Below, in pieces: positions 37,079 through 46,754 of a DNA stretch of 64,000 nucleotides. The position numbers and the translations under genes are program-made. The stretch covers positions 1 to 64,000 of the forward strand of contig JAXMOL010000026.1 in the NCBI GenBank assembly GCA_034669905.1, in the 5' to 3' direction. Positions within the stretch are counted from its first letter, which is position 1, and each line of letters begins with the position of its first letter. The notes under the pieces are model-generated. The model was not told the DNA's origin. It did not search any database and saw only the letters and a program-made list of their open reading frames with translations. The stretch is from Candidatus Hydrogenedentota bacterium (GTDB lineage: Bacteria > Hydrogenedentota > Hydrogenedentia > Hydrogenedentales > JAEUWI01).

Positions 37079-38581
37079 TCAAATCAAGAGCGCTCGGGGC
37101 CATGTGAACGAAAATTCGCTGCCCTCACCGGGCGTTGAGACCACCGATATCGTGCCTCCGTAGGTTTCGATAGACTTCTTGATAATGGCCAGCCCCATGC
37201 CGCTGCCTTCAACCTGGTCTCGGGGCCGCAAGGTTTCGAACATCATGAAAATACGTTCGTGAAACTCGGCCTCGATTCCCGGGCCATCGTCACTGATCGT
37301 AAATCGATACTGGGTCGCTTCTTCCACACAGTCGACCCGGACGACGCCGTCCTCGCGGTCGTGGTGCTTGATGGCGTTGCCGATGAGGTTGTGGAAAATG
37401 TGACGAAGGGGGGTCTGGACAGACTCAAGTTCGGGTAAATCGGGACTGATTTCGAAGCGAATCGTTTCGGGGGGTTGGAGCATGATAATCACGTCATCGA
37501 TCAGATCGCGCACCTTGAAGCGCTGTATGGCCGTTTCCAGACGTCCCGCTCGGGAATAGTCCAGCAGGTCATTGAGCAGGGTCTTCAGGCGGGCCGCCCG
37601 CTGTTGAATCAGCTCCAGGTGGCGCTTGGATTCGTCGGGGAGCAATTCTTCCGCATCCTCCTGTACCCAGGTGGCGAGGTTTTCAATGCCCTCCAGCGGC
37701 GTGCGCAGGTCATGACTGGCCACGTAGGCGAATTCGTCCAATTCACTATTGCTGCGCTCCAGGTCGGCGGTGTAACGTGCCAGCGTCTGTTCCGACCGCT
37801 TGCGCTCGGTGATGTCCACAATGGACGCCAGGACCAAGGTCTCTCCTTCGTCCTCGATGGGATTCAGCCCGATTTCCACTGGGATTTCCGTGCCATCCTT
37901 GCGCAGGCCGTAGAGGTCCCGGCCATGCCCCATCGGTCGGGACTCGGGATTGCCATGAAATGCCGAACGAAAATCAGGGTGTTTCTCCCGGTGTCGCCTG
38001 GGAACCAGCGCTTCGATGGAGAGGCCGATAAGTTGTCCGGGGCCATACCCGAAGATCGTGCTGCAGGCGCTGTTCGCCATGGTAATGACGCCTTTTTCAT
38101 TCACGATAACAAAGCCGTTGGGAGCGGCCTCAAAGACGCGGCGAAGCCGATCCTCTGACTTTGTGGTGGCCAGCAGGGCTTCATTAAGTTCCGTATTGAT
38201 GGCGCTCAACCGAGGGAGATGGAGGGCTTTGGGTATTACCGAAATCAGCGCAAACACGGTGGCCCAGGAAACCACGGCCGTGACGAGCTTTACCACCCCA
38301 GACAGCCGATAGGTGGGCCACCAGAAGATGCCGGCATCGAGGAGGTGGGTGGTGCCGCAGGAGAAGATAAAGGCCGCAAAGAGCCAGAATACCGGCAGGA
38401 AGGGGAAATCTTTCCGTTTAAGGATAAAGTAAGCCAGGATGGCTGGAATGGCCATGTAGGCCCCCCAGATGGCCGTATCGGAGGCGATGTGAAGCCACCC
38501 GTGGCCCGTACTCCAGTTCCCGCAATGCCACCGCGAAGGAAAATCAGTGGTGTCGAAGAGTTTTTGCCAGAATTCCAACAT
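37079..38581 (-). CDS. Sensor histidine kinase with ETR1-like membrane domain and PAS
   Basis: [67 protein letters not shown]. Confidence 0.9.
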   Translation of the reverse strand: MLEFWQKLFDTTDFPSRWHCGNWSTGHGWLHIASDTAIWGAYMAIPAILAYFILKRKDFPFLPVFWLFAAFIFSCGTTHLLDAGIFWWPTYRLSGVVKLVTAVVSWATVFALISVIPKALHLPRLSAINTELNEALLATTKSEDRLRRVFEAAPNGFVIVNEKGVITMANSACSTIFGYGPGQLIGLSIEALVPRRHREKHPDFRSAFHGNPESRPMGHGRDLYGLRKDGTEIPVEIGLNPIEDEGETLVLASIVDITERKRSEQTLARYTADLERSNSELDEFAYVASHDLRTPLEGIENLATWVQEDAEELLPDESKRHLELIQQRAARLKTLLNDLLDYSRAGRLETAIQRFKVRDLIDDVIIMLQPPETIRFEISPDLPELESVQTPLRHIFHNLIGNAIKHHDREDGVVRVDCVEEATQYRFTISDDGPGIEAEFHERIFMMFETLRPRDQVEGSGMGLAIIKKSIETYGGTISVVSTPGEGSEFSFTWPRALLI

Positions 38582-38791
38582 CGTTTCGCCATTCTGCTGG
38601 GCTGGGTGCCATGGTGGCATCCCATACCAAGCCGTCGTTACCTCGGTCCGCCTCAGTCACTGCCGGTCTATAGTGAACCTTGCGTACACGAAAGTCCACC
38701 ACCATGCATCCTGACGGCGGGAAGGCGCGGCCTGTTCGCGCGCCGCGGCCCGCGGAAAACACCGTCCGCCCTGCCCGTCCGATTCGGGACA

Positions 38792-40342
38792 CTACCCGGT
38801 CCCACCGCCCCGCATACGCTCCAGCAGATTCCGGGTGATGCGTTGCACCCGCGCGTCGGGCCCTTGTGGTTCCGTGTAGGTCGACGGCCGCACATAACCC
38901 GGTGGCTCGGCCAGTCCGTCGGCCCACCAGATAGTGGCTGCGTTGAAAACCACATTGTCGCGTGGCCCGGGGTAGACCGTGGCGGCGTAGGTGCCCTCGG
39001 CACTGCCTGTGGAAGCCGTTCCGGTGGCGACCACTGCCAGGCCGGGGATATCGGCCGGCGCGCCATGCCATTCGAAGCCGACGAGCCCGGGGATCCCCTC
39101 GCCGTTCTTCATGCCCGTGCCGTCGAAAATCCAATGCTCTTCCGCGCTGCAGATCCAGTCCGCACCGCCCGAAACCGGGTAGACATCGCGTCCGCCCATC
39201 ATGAGGGCCTGGTCGGGGCCCTGGTGGGGATAGGCCCCCACGGCTGGATAACGCTTCACCAACTCTTCATCGACCGGTCCGAAATGGTCAATGCGGGTAA
39301 TGCTGCGGTGGGGGTGTTTGGCCGCGTCGGGCAGGAGGTCTACCATGCCCCAGCAGGTATCACCCGAGAAAAATCCCGCGCTCATGCCCCCTTTGATGGC
39401 CGCCATGACATGGTCATACATGGGACGGGTCCAATACTCATCATGACCCACCGAGAGGAAGCCCTTGACGCGGTGAAGTCCCGGACCATCGGAGTGGGTG
39501 TCGAGATTGGATGTATAGGTGACATCGTAACCCTGCTGTTCCAGCCAGTACGCCATGGGGAATTCCCACAACAGGAATTCACCCGACCCGATAGACAGGG
39601 GCGTGTCCACCACCTGGCAGTACTTGCCATATGGGCGGTTAAAGCTCGTGGCCGTGCCCGCCCCCAGGTACCACTCCGATTCGCCGTCGTCATAGAGGGC
39701 AAACTGGTCGGGCCAGCGGTTATAGGCATTCCAGGTCGTGTCGCTGCACTGAAACATAAAATCAGCCCGGCGGTCGTCCCGTACAATGAAAATGACATAG
39801 CTCTGAATACCGTCCTTCTGCTCTGTCAATTTGCCCAGGTAAACCCCACTGACCCAGTCTTCCGGAATCTCAAAGGACAGGCTGGGCTCCCATTGGCAGT
39901 CCCGCACCCGCATGGCACCCACGTCCGGGTCAGGTTGGGTTTGCGCCTCAATACGTTCTGGTGGGCGTACCAGGCGGCCACCTTTTCCGCCATAGTAGCC
40001 CATGCGATAGAATTCGATAGAAACGGACGCGGGGGGATTGGCGGAAACCATAACGTCGAGCTGGTCACCAGCGCGCAGCGAGGTGGCATTGCAATAGCCT
40101 TCGACGCGGGGACTGCGGTAGCGTGTTTCCGGTGCGATGTGGGTCTTGCGGAGCATCCAATCGGTCGTGCCTTCACGGCTATTCTCGCGCGGAATAACAC
40201 GGGCGGAGGATCGCACTTTTGAGGTGGCACCCGTGGCAGAGGCAACTCCCAGCATCCCGAGTCCCAGTGCAGCCCCTTTTAAGATATCGCGGCGTGGAAG
40301 TTGTTCCTGCACGGGGCCGTCATTTTCTGTCGATTCCACCAC
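38792..40342 (-). CDS. Tat-exported N,N-dimethylformamidase beta-subunit-like protein (start inferred)
   Basis: GTG at 40342 after GAGAGGA. RRDILKG twin-Arg signal, EN..GT..W, YRMGYYGG.G, TWNAYN.W, SFNRPY, GHDEYW. Confidence 0.75.
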   Translation of the reverse strand: MVESTENDGPVQEQLPRRDILKGAALGLGMLGVASATGATSKVRSSARVIPRENSREGTTDWMLRKTHIAPETRYRSPRVEGYCNATSLRAGDQLDVMVSANPPASVSIEFYRMGYYGGKGGRLVRPPERIEAQTQPDPDVGAMRVRDCQWEPSLSFEIPEDWVSGVYLGKLTEQKDGIQSYVIFIVRDDRRADFMFQCSDTTWNAYNRWPDQFALYDDGESEWYLGAGTATSFNRPYGKYCQVVDTPLSIGSGEFLLWEFPMAYWLEQQGYDVTYTSNLDTHSDGPGLHRVKGFLSVGHDEYWTRPMYDHVMAAIKGGMSAGFFSGDTCWGMVDLLPDAAKHPHRSITRIDHFGPVDEELVKRYPAVGAYPHQGPDQALMMGGRDVYPVSGGADWICSAEEHWIFDGTGMKNGEGIPGLVGFEWHGAPADIPGLAVVATGTASTGSAEGTYAATVYPGPRDNVVFNAATIWWADGLAEPPGYVRPSTYTEPQGPDARVQRITRNLLERMRGGGTG

Positions 40343-40622
40343 AATAGGATTCCTCTCTTCGTTGGACACGACCGCATCGTAGCCAATCCCGCCGACAGAA
40401 TGGAAACCCCGGGCCATTTCGGCCACCTCTGCAACGGAGAAGGCACCGTGTTCCCAAGGCGCGCGGGTACCCCGTACGCGGTCAATGGCCCTTCGTCGAT
40501 TCAAAATGACGACCATAAGAGAGGGCCCGGCAGGACTCGCTGATAGTCGCTTCAGGGCACGACCCGGCGATGCCGGAATGGAAATCCCTCCGAAGGCCTG
40601 GCCACTCCTGAGCGGCGAGCCC

Positions 40623-40654
40623 AATAAAAAATCCCCACGCAGACCGCGTGGGGA
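40623..40654 (-). terminator. Intrinsic terminator downstream of yebC
   Basis: tccccacgc / gcgtgggga stem followed on the minus strand by TTTTTATT. Confidence 0.7.
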
Positions 40655-40684
40655 GATGATACAAACGATTCGATGCGGAATGTC

Positions 40685-41437
40685 CTAGTCGGCCATCGCG
40701 GCTTCCATGGCTTCATCGGTCAGTTCTACATTGTTAAACACTTCCTGGACGTCTTCGTCATCGTCCAGCATTTCCATGAGGGTCAGCATGGTCTTGAGCT
40801 GTTTGATTTCCAACTCAACCGTGGTCTTGGGGACCATCGTCAGCTTGGCTTCCTTGGGCTCGATGCCCATGCCCTCCAGGGCCGTCGCCACATTGTGCAA
40901 TTCCGTGCTGTCCGTGGTGATGTCGTAGGTTTCCCCCTCCATGTCCACGTCTTCCGCACCTGCCTCGGTAGCCTTCTCAAAGATGGCGTCGTCATCGAGG
41001 CCTTCCTTTTCGACCACGATCAGGCCCTTCTGCTCGAAGTTCCAGCTCACCGCGTTGGTCTCGGCCATGCTGCCACCATACTTGCTCAGCAGATGGCGGA
41101 TATTGGCCACGGTGCGGTTCTTGTTGTCGGTAAGGGTATCGATGATGAGACCCGCACCGGCTGGGCCGTAGCCTTCATAGCGTTGGGACTCATAGGTGGC
41201 GCCTTCAATTTCGCCCGTACCCTTGGCAATGGCCCGTGCGATATTGTCTTTCGGCATGTTCTCGCCTTTGGCGGCAAGCAGCACCGTACGGAGGCGGGGG
41301 TTCATGTCGGGATCGCCACCGCCCATGCGGGCCGCGACGGAAATTTCCTTGGCGAGCTTGGAGAAGATTTTGCCCCGCTTGGCGTCGAGGGCACCCTTCT
41401 TACGTTTAATAGTGCTCCATTTAGAGTGACCGGACAT
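40685..41437 (-). CDS. yebC: YebC/PmpR (TACO1) family protein
   Basis: MSGHSKWSTIKRKK, NPRLR, YEGYGPAG, TDNKNRT, DDDEDVQEVFNN. Confidence 0.95.
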   Translation of the reverse strand: MSGHSKWSTIKRKKGALDAKRGKIFSKLAKEISVAARMGGGDPDMNPRLRTVLLAAKGENMPKDNIARAIAKGTGEIEGATYESQRYEGYGPAGAGLIIDTLTDNKNRTVANIRHLLSKYGGSMAETNAVSWNFEQKGLIVVEKEGLDDDAIFEKATEAGAEDVDMEGETYDITTDSTELHNVATALEGMGIEPKEAKLTMVPKTTVELEIKQLKTMLTLMEMLDDDEDVQEVFNNVELTDEAMEAAMAD

Positions 41438-41555
41438 GCACTGAGATCTCCATAAGACTAACGTGATTGGGGGAAGGTGAAGGCGACATTGTAACAAAGG
41501 AAACCGAATCCACGCAAAGCGCCGTGCACCGGTCCGTTGCACGTTCCATCAAACG

Positions 41556-41583
41556 AAAAACGCGACACCCGGGGGTGTCGCGT
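41556..41583 (-). terminator. Intrinsic terminator ending the V/A-ATPase operon
   Basis: cgcgacacc / ggtgtcgcg stem with TTTTT on the minus strand. Confidence 0.7.
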
Positions 41584-41609
41584 ATCGTGTGTCTGGTAAT
41601 CTGGGCTGC

Positions 41610-42086
41610 TCACAGCTCGTTGCCGTCTTCCGCCGCTTCAATCAGCTTGAGGGCTTCTACGGGACTCACGGCCGCCTGCAGTGCCGTGACCAACTCGCGG
41701 TCTTCCAGGAGGTGCTGAATGCCCCGGATGGCCTGAACTTCGCCTTCGAAGTCCTTCTTGGGGACCAGAAGCAAGACGATGATTCGGGCCAGTTTGCCAT
41801 CCAACGAGCGAAAGGGGATGCCCTTGGGGGCAATACCGATAGCGCAGATGACGTCTTCCACGAGGTCGGTTGCCAGGTGGGGCACCGCAATGCCCCGCTC
41901 CATGCCGGAACCGAGGGAATCTTCATCCGCGTAGAAGGCTTCCAAAATCACATCACGCTGCTTCATGGGCAGTTCGTGGTGCTGAATCAGCAGGTCCACC
42001 AACTCGCTCATGGCTTCCCGCTTCTTCTCGGCTTCCAGTTTCACCGTAATCAGCTCAGGACGAAGAATCTCGTGTAAGTGCATCAT
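41610..42086 (-). CDS. PTS EIIA (Fru/Ntr-type) domain protein
   Basis: KKREAMSELV, GIAVPH, GIPFRSLDGK..IVLLL. ATGA overlap with atpD. Confidence 0.82.
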   Translation of the reverse strand: MMHLHEILRPELITVKLEAEKKREAMSELVDLLIQHHELPMKQRDVILEAFYADEDSLGSGMERGIAVPHLATDLVEDVICAIGIAPKGIPFRSLDGKLARIIVLLLVPKKDFEGEVQAIRGIQHLLEDRELVTALQAAVSPVEALKLIEAAEDGNEL

Positions 42087-42772
42087 TGGGCCTGCTCCTT
42101 CGCTTCCTGCTCCGCACGGGCCTTTTCCTGGGCCTTACGCTTCTGCACGGCTTTCTTGCCCTTGATTTTCTTCAGTCGGAAGGTGTCTTCCCGTTCGCGC
42201 TCGTCCAGCACCGTGGCAATGGCACGCATCTGACCACGAAGGCGGGGGAGAAGGTATTCTTCCAGGGCGTTGATGCGGCGGGAAACCTTCTTCACTTCCT
42301 CACCCACAATCTGCAGGTTACGCTCCAAGGGGGCGCAGACCAGCAACTGGGCCAGCATATGCTCCGAGCACTCGGACGCTTCCTGGACGTGGGCGGAGGT
42401 GTCGAGTAGTCCCATGCCACGCTGGGCGGGGGTACGGACGATACCCTTCTGGTCGATGCGGCCCAGAACGAGGCCCCACACTTTCTCCGATTCCACGGAA
42501 AGGTGCAGTTCCCGACGGCCGGCCACCGCGGCCGACTTGAGCTCGGGCGTGCCGCGCACGGCGCGGGCCATGGCCATGACGTTACCTGCCAGGCGACCCT
42601 TATCGTGCAGGTCATCCCGCATCTCACTGAGTTCCCGGGCACGTTTCAGCAGTTCCTGCATGAGGGCGTCCCGTTTGCCCTTCAAAAGGCCCACGCCATC
42701 CGAAGCCATTTTAATCTGGCCCTTCAGGAGGAGCATATTCATGCGCGTTGGCGCGAGGCTATCCATACTCAT
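42083..42772 (-). CDS. atpD: V/A-type ATPase subunit D
   Basis: APTRMNMLLLK, LLKGKRDAL, RRINALE, LDEREREDTFRLKKIK. Confidence 0.93.
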   Translation of the reverse strand: MSMDSLAPTRMNMLLLKGQIKMASDGVGLLKGKRDALMQELLKRARELSEMRDDLHDKGRLAGNVMAMARAVRGTPELKSAAVAGRRELHLSVESEKVWGLVLGRIDQKGIVRTPAQRGMGLLDTSAHVQEASECSEHMLAQLLVCAPLERNLQIVGEEVKKVSRRINALEEYLLPRLRGQMRAIATVLDEREREDTFRLKKIKGKKAVQKRKAQEKARAEQEAKEQAQ

Positions 42773-42922
42773 CGTTCTAAGTCTCTTGTGAAGTTTGAGT
42801 GTCCGGGGCGTTGGCCACCACACACTGCGCTTCGATTGCTCATCTCGCCTACCCCATACAGGTAGAAGAGCGGCCTGACGAAGTCACCATAGGGACTCCG
42901 TCAGGCAGCAGTAACGACGATA

Positions 42923-44371
42923 CTAGGCGTTTTCAATGGTGGACGCGGCTTCTTTTTCCACGACCTCATTTTCATCCGCTGGCTTGTAGAACTCTTCAAC
43001 CGTTTCACGTTTGATACGGGTCAGCTCGGACTTGGGCAGGTGACCCATGACCTTCCAACCGGTGGCGAAGGTGTCTTCGATAGGCTTACGGGTCATGCCC
43101 TGGCCAATCATTTCCGCTTCAAAGGCATTGGAGAAGCGGAGGTATTTCTTGTCGAGCTCGGTGAGGGCGTCTTCACCCACGATGGCCATCAGCTTCTTGA
43201 TGCGCTGACCTTCGGCGTACGCGGCGTAGAGCTGGTTCGCCCACTCACGGTGCCAGGCTTCCGTCTTGTTCTTGCCGATACCGTTGTTCATCAGACGGGA
43301 AAGGCAGGGAAGCAGGTCCACCGGCGGGAAGATACCCTGGCGGTGAAGCGAACGACTCAGCACGATCTGGCCCTCGGTGATGTAACCGGTAAGGTCAGGA
43401 ATCGGGTGCGTGATGTCATCGTCCGGCATGGTCAGCATGGGAATCTGCGTAACCGAGCCACTGTTACCACGAATACGACCTGCGCGTTCGTAGATGGTCG
43501 ACAAGTCGGTGTACATGTAACCGGGATAGCCACGACGGCCGGGGATTTCTTCACGGGCGGAGGAAATCTGGCGCAGGGCATCACAGTAGTTGGTCAGGTC
43601 GGTCAACACCACCAGTACCTGGTAGCCTTTTTCGAAGGCCAGGTATTCCGCGACCGTGAGGGCACAACGGGGGGTGAAGAGACGTTCAATCGCGGGGTCA
43701 TCGGCCTGGTTGATGAAGGCCACTACCTGGGAACCCTTACCGCCTTCTTCGAAGGCCTTCAGGAAGTATTCCGTTTCACGGGCCGTAATACCCATGGCGG
43801 CAAACACCGTCACGAACGGGGCGTCATCGCCCTTCGTGTCGGCGTTCTGCACGATCATGTTGGCAATTTCGTTACCGGGAAGACCGGAACCCAGGAAGAT
43901 GGGCAGCTTCTGACCACGCACGAGGGTGTTGAAACCGTCGATGGTGGAAAGACCCGTCTCGATGAAGTCATTGGGCGCATCACGCGATACGGGGTTAATC
44001 GCCGAACCGCCGATTTCCACTTCCTTCTCCGGCACAACCGGGGGCAGGCCGTCGATGGGGACACCCGTACCGTTGAAGCGGCGACCGATCACGTCGGGCG
44101 TACAGGCGACCGTAGCCGCGTCCGCTTTCAGCGAGACCGAAGTGCCCTTGATATCGACACCGCGCGTGCCCTGCAGAATCTGCAGCACCGCGTGGGTCTT
44201 CGTGGCTTCCAGGATCTGGCCCTCGCGCTGTTCACCATTTTCCATGTGAACATTCAGGATAGCGCCCGTGGGGAAACGGTCGCCATTCTCCAGGAACACC
44301 AGGGGACCTGAAACATAGGTCATGTCCCAGTATTCTTTTTGGAGCTTTTCGTCAGTTGCATTCTCAGACAT
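42923..44371 (-). CDS. atpB: V/A-type ATPase subunit B
   Basis: NTLVRGQKLPIF, REEIPGRRGYPGYMYTDL, DDITHPIPDLTGYITEGQ. Confidence 0.96.
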   Translation of the reverse strand: MSENATDEKLQKEYWDMTYVSGPLVFLENGDRFPTGAILNVHMENGEQREGQILEATKTHAVLQILQGTRGVDIKGTSVSLKADAATVACTPDVIGRRFNGTGVPIDGLPPVVPEKEVEIGGSAINPVSRDAPNDFIETGLSTIDGFNTLVRGQKLPIFLGSGLPGNEIANMIVQNADTKGDDAPFVTVFAAMGITARETEYFLKAFEEGGKGSQVVAFINQADDPAIERLFTPRCALTVAEYLAFEKGYQVLVVLTDLTNYCDALRQISSAREEIPGRRGYPGYMYTDLSTIYERAGRIRGNSGSVTQIPMLTMPDDDITHPIPDLTGYITEGQIVLSRSLHRQGIFPPVDLLPCLSRLMNNGIGKNKTEAWHREWANQLYAAYAEGQRIKKLMAIVGEDALTELDKKYLRFSNAFEAEMIGQGMTRKPIEDTFATGWKVMGHLPKSELTRIKRETVEEFYKPADENEVVEKEAASTIENA

Positions 44372-44388
44372 GGCAGTAATTCCCTGGG

Positions 44389-46173
44389 TTATTTGGCTTC
44401 GAGTGCGCCAAGGACCTGTTTGTAGTTTTCGATGCAGGCATCTTTCTTGGCCGTGAAGCCGTCATTCGGCTCTTCCTTGAGACGCGAAATCTCTTCACGA
44501 AGGGGCAGTTCCGTGATGCGCGTCAAGGGAACCTCACGAGCGAGTACCTTCAGACATTCTTCATGATAGACGAGGATGGTCTCGAGGAGGCCGAAGCACT
44601 TCTCAAGTTCGCAGGCCGCGTCGTTTTCGGAGAAGGCACTCTGCTGGAGGAATACTTCACGAACCATACGGGAAACCTCAAGGATGAGGCGTTCCTGGTC
44701 CTGAAGGGCGTCGGGGCCAACCAGCTGCACGATGTCGTTCAGTTCGTTTTCGCGCTGAAGCAACGTGGCAGCCTGCTGACGACGGGCGATCCAGCCGTTG
44801 GGCGCATTCTCTTCAAACCAATCTTTCAGCCCTTCAAAATAGAGGGTGAAGCTGGTGTTCCAGTTCACACTGGGATAGTGACGGCGATAGGCCAGCCCGG
44901 AGTCAAGGGCCCAAAGCGCACCCGACACCCGCATGGAGGTCTGGGTAACGGGCTCGGAGAAGTCACCACCGGGAGGCGATACGGCGCCTACAGCGGTCAA
45001 CGAACCCTTACGGGGGTTGTCGCTGGTGGCATCGCTGCCGCAGCAGATAACGTTACCGCAGCGTTCGTAGAAGGCGGCGATACGTTCAGAGAGATAGGTG
45101 GGGTAGCCTTCTTCACCGGGCATTTCTTCCAGACGGGAAGAAATTTCACGGAGGGCCTCTGCCCACCGGGAGGTGGAGTCGGCCATGAGGGCCACGTCAT
45201 AGCCCATGTCGCGGTAGTATTCCGCCAGGGTCATTCCCGTGTATACGGAAGCGTCACGTGCCGCCACCGGCATGTTGGAGGTATTCACGACCAGAATGGT
45301 CCGGTTCATGAGCGAGTCACCCGTGTTGGGGTCGACCAGTTCCGGGAATTCGGTCAGCACTTCCGCCATTTCGTTGCCGCGTTCACCGCAACCCACGTAC
45401 ACAATGACCTGGGCGTTGGAGTACTTGGACATGCTCTGTTCCACAACCGTCTTACCGGCGCCGAAGCCACCAGGGACGATGGCCGAGCCACCTTTGGCAA
45501 TGGGGAAGAGCATATCAAGAACGCGCTGACGGGTGAGGAACGGCTCAACCGGGGGCAATACCTTGTGCATGGGCCGGTTCTGTTTCACCGGGGATTTGTG
45601 CATCATGCGCAGCTCGGTGCCGTCTTCCAGGGTCGCAACGACCTCTTCCACGGTGTACTCACCGGCTTCCTTGACGCTCGCGATTTTCCCGGAAACGTGG
45701 GGGGGAACCATGACCTTGTGCTCGATGGCCTTGGTTTCCGGTACCGTACCCAGGATGTCACCACCGACGACTTCCTGGCCGACGGTTGCAACGGGGGTAT
45801 AGGCCCACTTCTTCTTCCGGTCGAGGGCGACTGCCGTAATACCGCGGCCGATGAAATCGCCCGAGGACTCCTGCAGGGTGATCAGGGGACGCTGAATCCC
45901 GTCGAAGGTGGCGCCGAGCAGTCCCGGTCCCAATTCAACGGCCAGCGGTACGCCCGTAGCGACCACATCTTCGCCAAGATACATGCCTTCGGTGCTTTCA
46001 AACACCTGGGCGTAAATCTTGTCGCCTTCAATACGAATCACTTCGCCCATCAGTCCCAATTTGCCGACGGTCAGGATCTCACCCATGGAGACCCCGAGCA
46101 TGCCATCGGCCTCAATCATGGGCCCGGCGATTCGGACGAGCTTTCCGACGATCTGTTGTTCCGTCACCGCCAT
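44389..46173 (-). CDS. atpA: V/A-type ATPase catalytic subunit A
   Basis: PGGFGAGKTV Walker A, GCGERGNEM, NTSNMPVAAR, DSTSRWAEALREIS. Confidence 0.97.
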   Translation of the reverse strand: MAVTEQQIVGKLVRIAGPMIEADGMLGVSMGEILTVGKLGLMGEVIRIEGDKIYAQVFESTEGMYLGEDVVATGVPLAVELGPGLLGATFDGIQRPLITLQESSGDFIGRGITAVALDRKKKWAYTPVATVGQEVVGGDILGTVPETKAIEHKVMVPPHVSGKIASVKEAGEYTVEEVVATLEDGTELRMMHKSPVKQNRPMHKVLPPVEPFLTRQRVLDMLFPIAKGGSAIVPGGFGAGKTVVEQSMSKYSNAQVIVYVGCGERGNEMAEVLTEFPELVDPNTGDSLMNRTILVVNTSNMPVAARDASVYTGMTLAEYYRDMGYDVALMADSTSRWAEALREISSRLEEMPGEEGYPTYLSERIAAFYERCGNVICCGSDATSDNPRKGSLTAVGAVSPPGGDFSEPVTQTSMRVSGALWALDSGLAYRRHYPSVNWNTSFTLYFEGLKDWFEENAPNGWIARRQQAATLLQRENELNDIVQLVGPDALQDQERLILEVSRMVREVFLQQSAFSENDAACELEKCFGLLETILVYHEECLKVLAREVPLTRITELPLREEISRLKEEPNDGFTAKKDACIENYKQVLGALEAK

Positions 46174-46350
46174 TTGTTTCTCCTACTATCGGTTGCCTGA
46201 TGTTTGCACCATCCCGGTCGATTCACCCGAAGGGGTGCCATGCCAGCGATCATGCGTTTCACCATGTAATTTTGAGAGAACTATCTGGAATGCCCGGAAA
46301 CGGACAGTCCATGCTACATTTCATGTAATTCAGCAATAAACCAAAAATCG

Positions 46351-46680
46351 TTAGTCAAGTCGAATTTCGAATCCAACCGCCGGCTTAACGATAGCGTTAA
46401 TATAGGCCAGCGTGCCTGCGTCCTCTTCTTCAAAGGAGGGGCAGAAAATGATCAGCGGAAGCCGGTTGTGACGCGCGAGGCGCCCTTGAAACCATTCCGA
46501 AAACTGGCTCCGAAACTCTTCGTTTACGATGACCACTTCGGCGTCCGAGTCCATCAAGTCCGAAAGACGGGTTTCTACCGCCTCCACGTCATATACCTCT
46601 TCGACCGGTACACCGGTGAGGCCGATCTGCAGGGCCGCCTGGCCATTGGCTAAAGCTATAACTTTGGAAGCCATGGTCAT
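46351..46680 (-). CDS. atpF: V/A-type ATPase subunit F
   Basis: About 109 aa, IGLTGV..., ends AVGFEI. Position between C and A. Confidence 0.82.
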   Translation of the reverse strand: MTMASKVIALANGQAALQIGLTGVPVEEVYDVEAVETRLSDLMDSDAEVVIVNEEFRSQFSEWFQGRLARHNRLPLIIFCPSFEEEDAGTLAYINAIVKPAVGFEIRLD

Positions 46681-46754
46681 CCAATTCCTTGTTTATGTTT
46701 GGCCGCGTTGTGCCCCAAGGGGCAGCAACGCGACCGAGAAGTCATAGGGGCAGG

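Noticed and set aside
38219..40222. 667-aa plus-strand ORF
   Set aside because: Antisense shadow of well-supported minus-strand genes, with no recognisable motifs.
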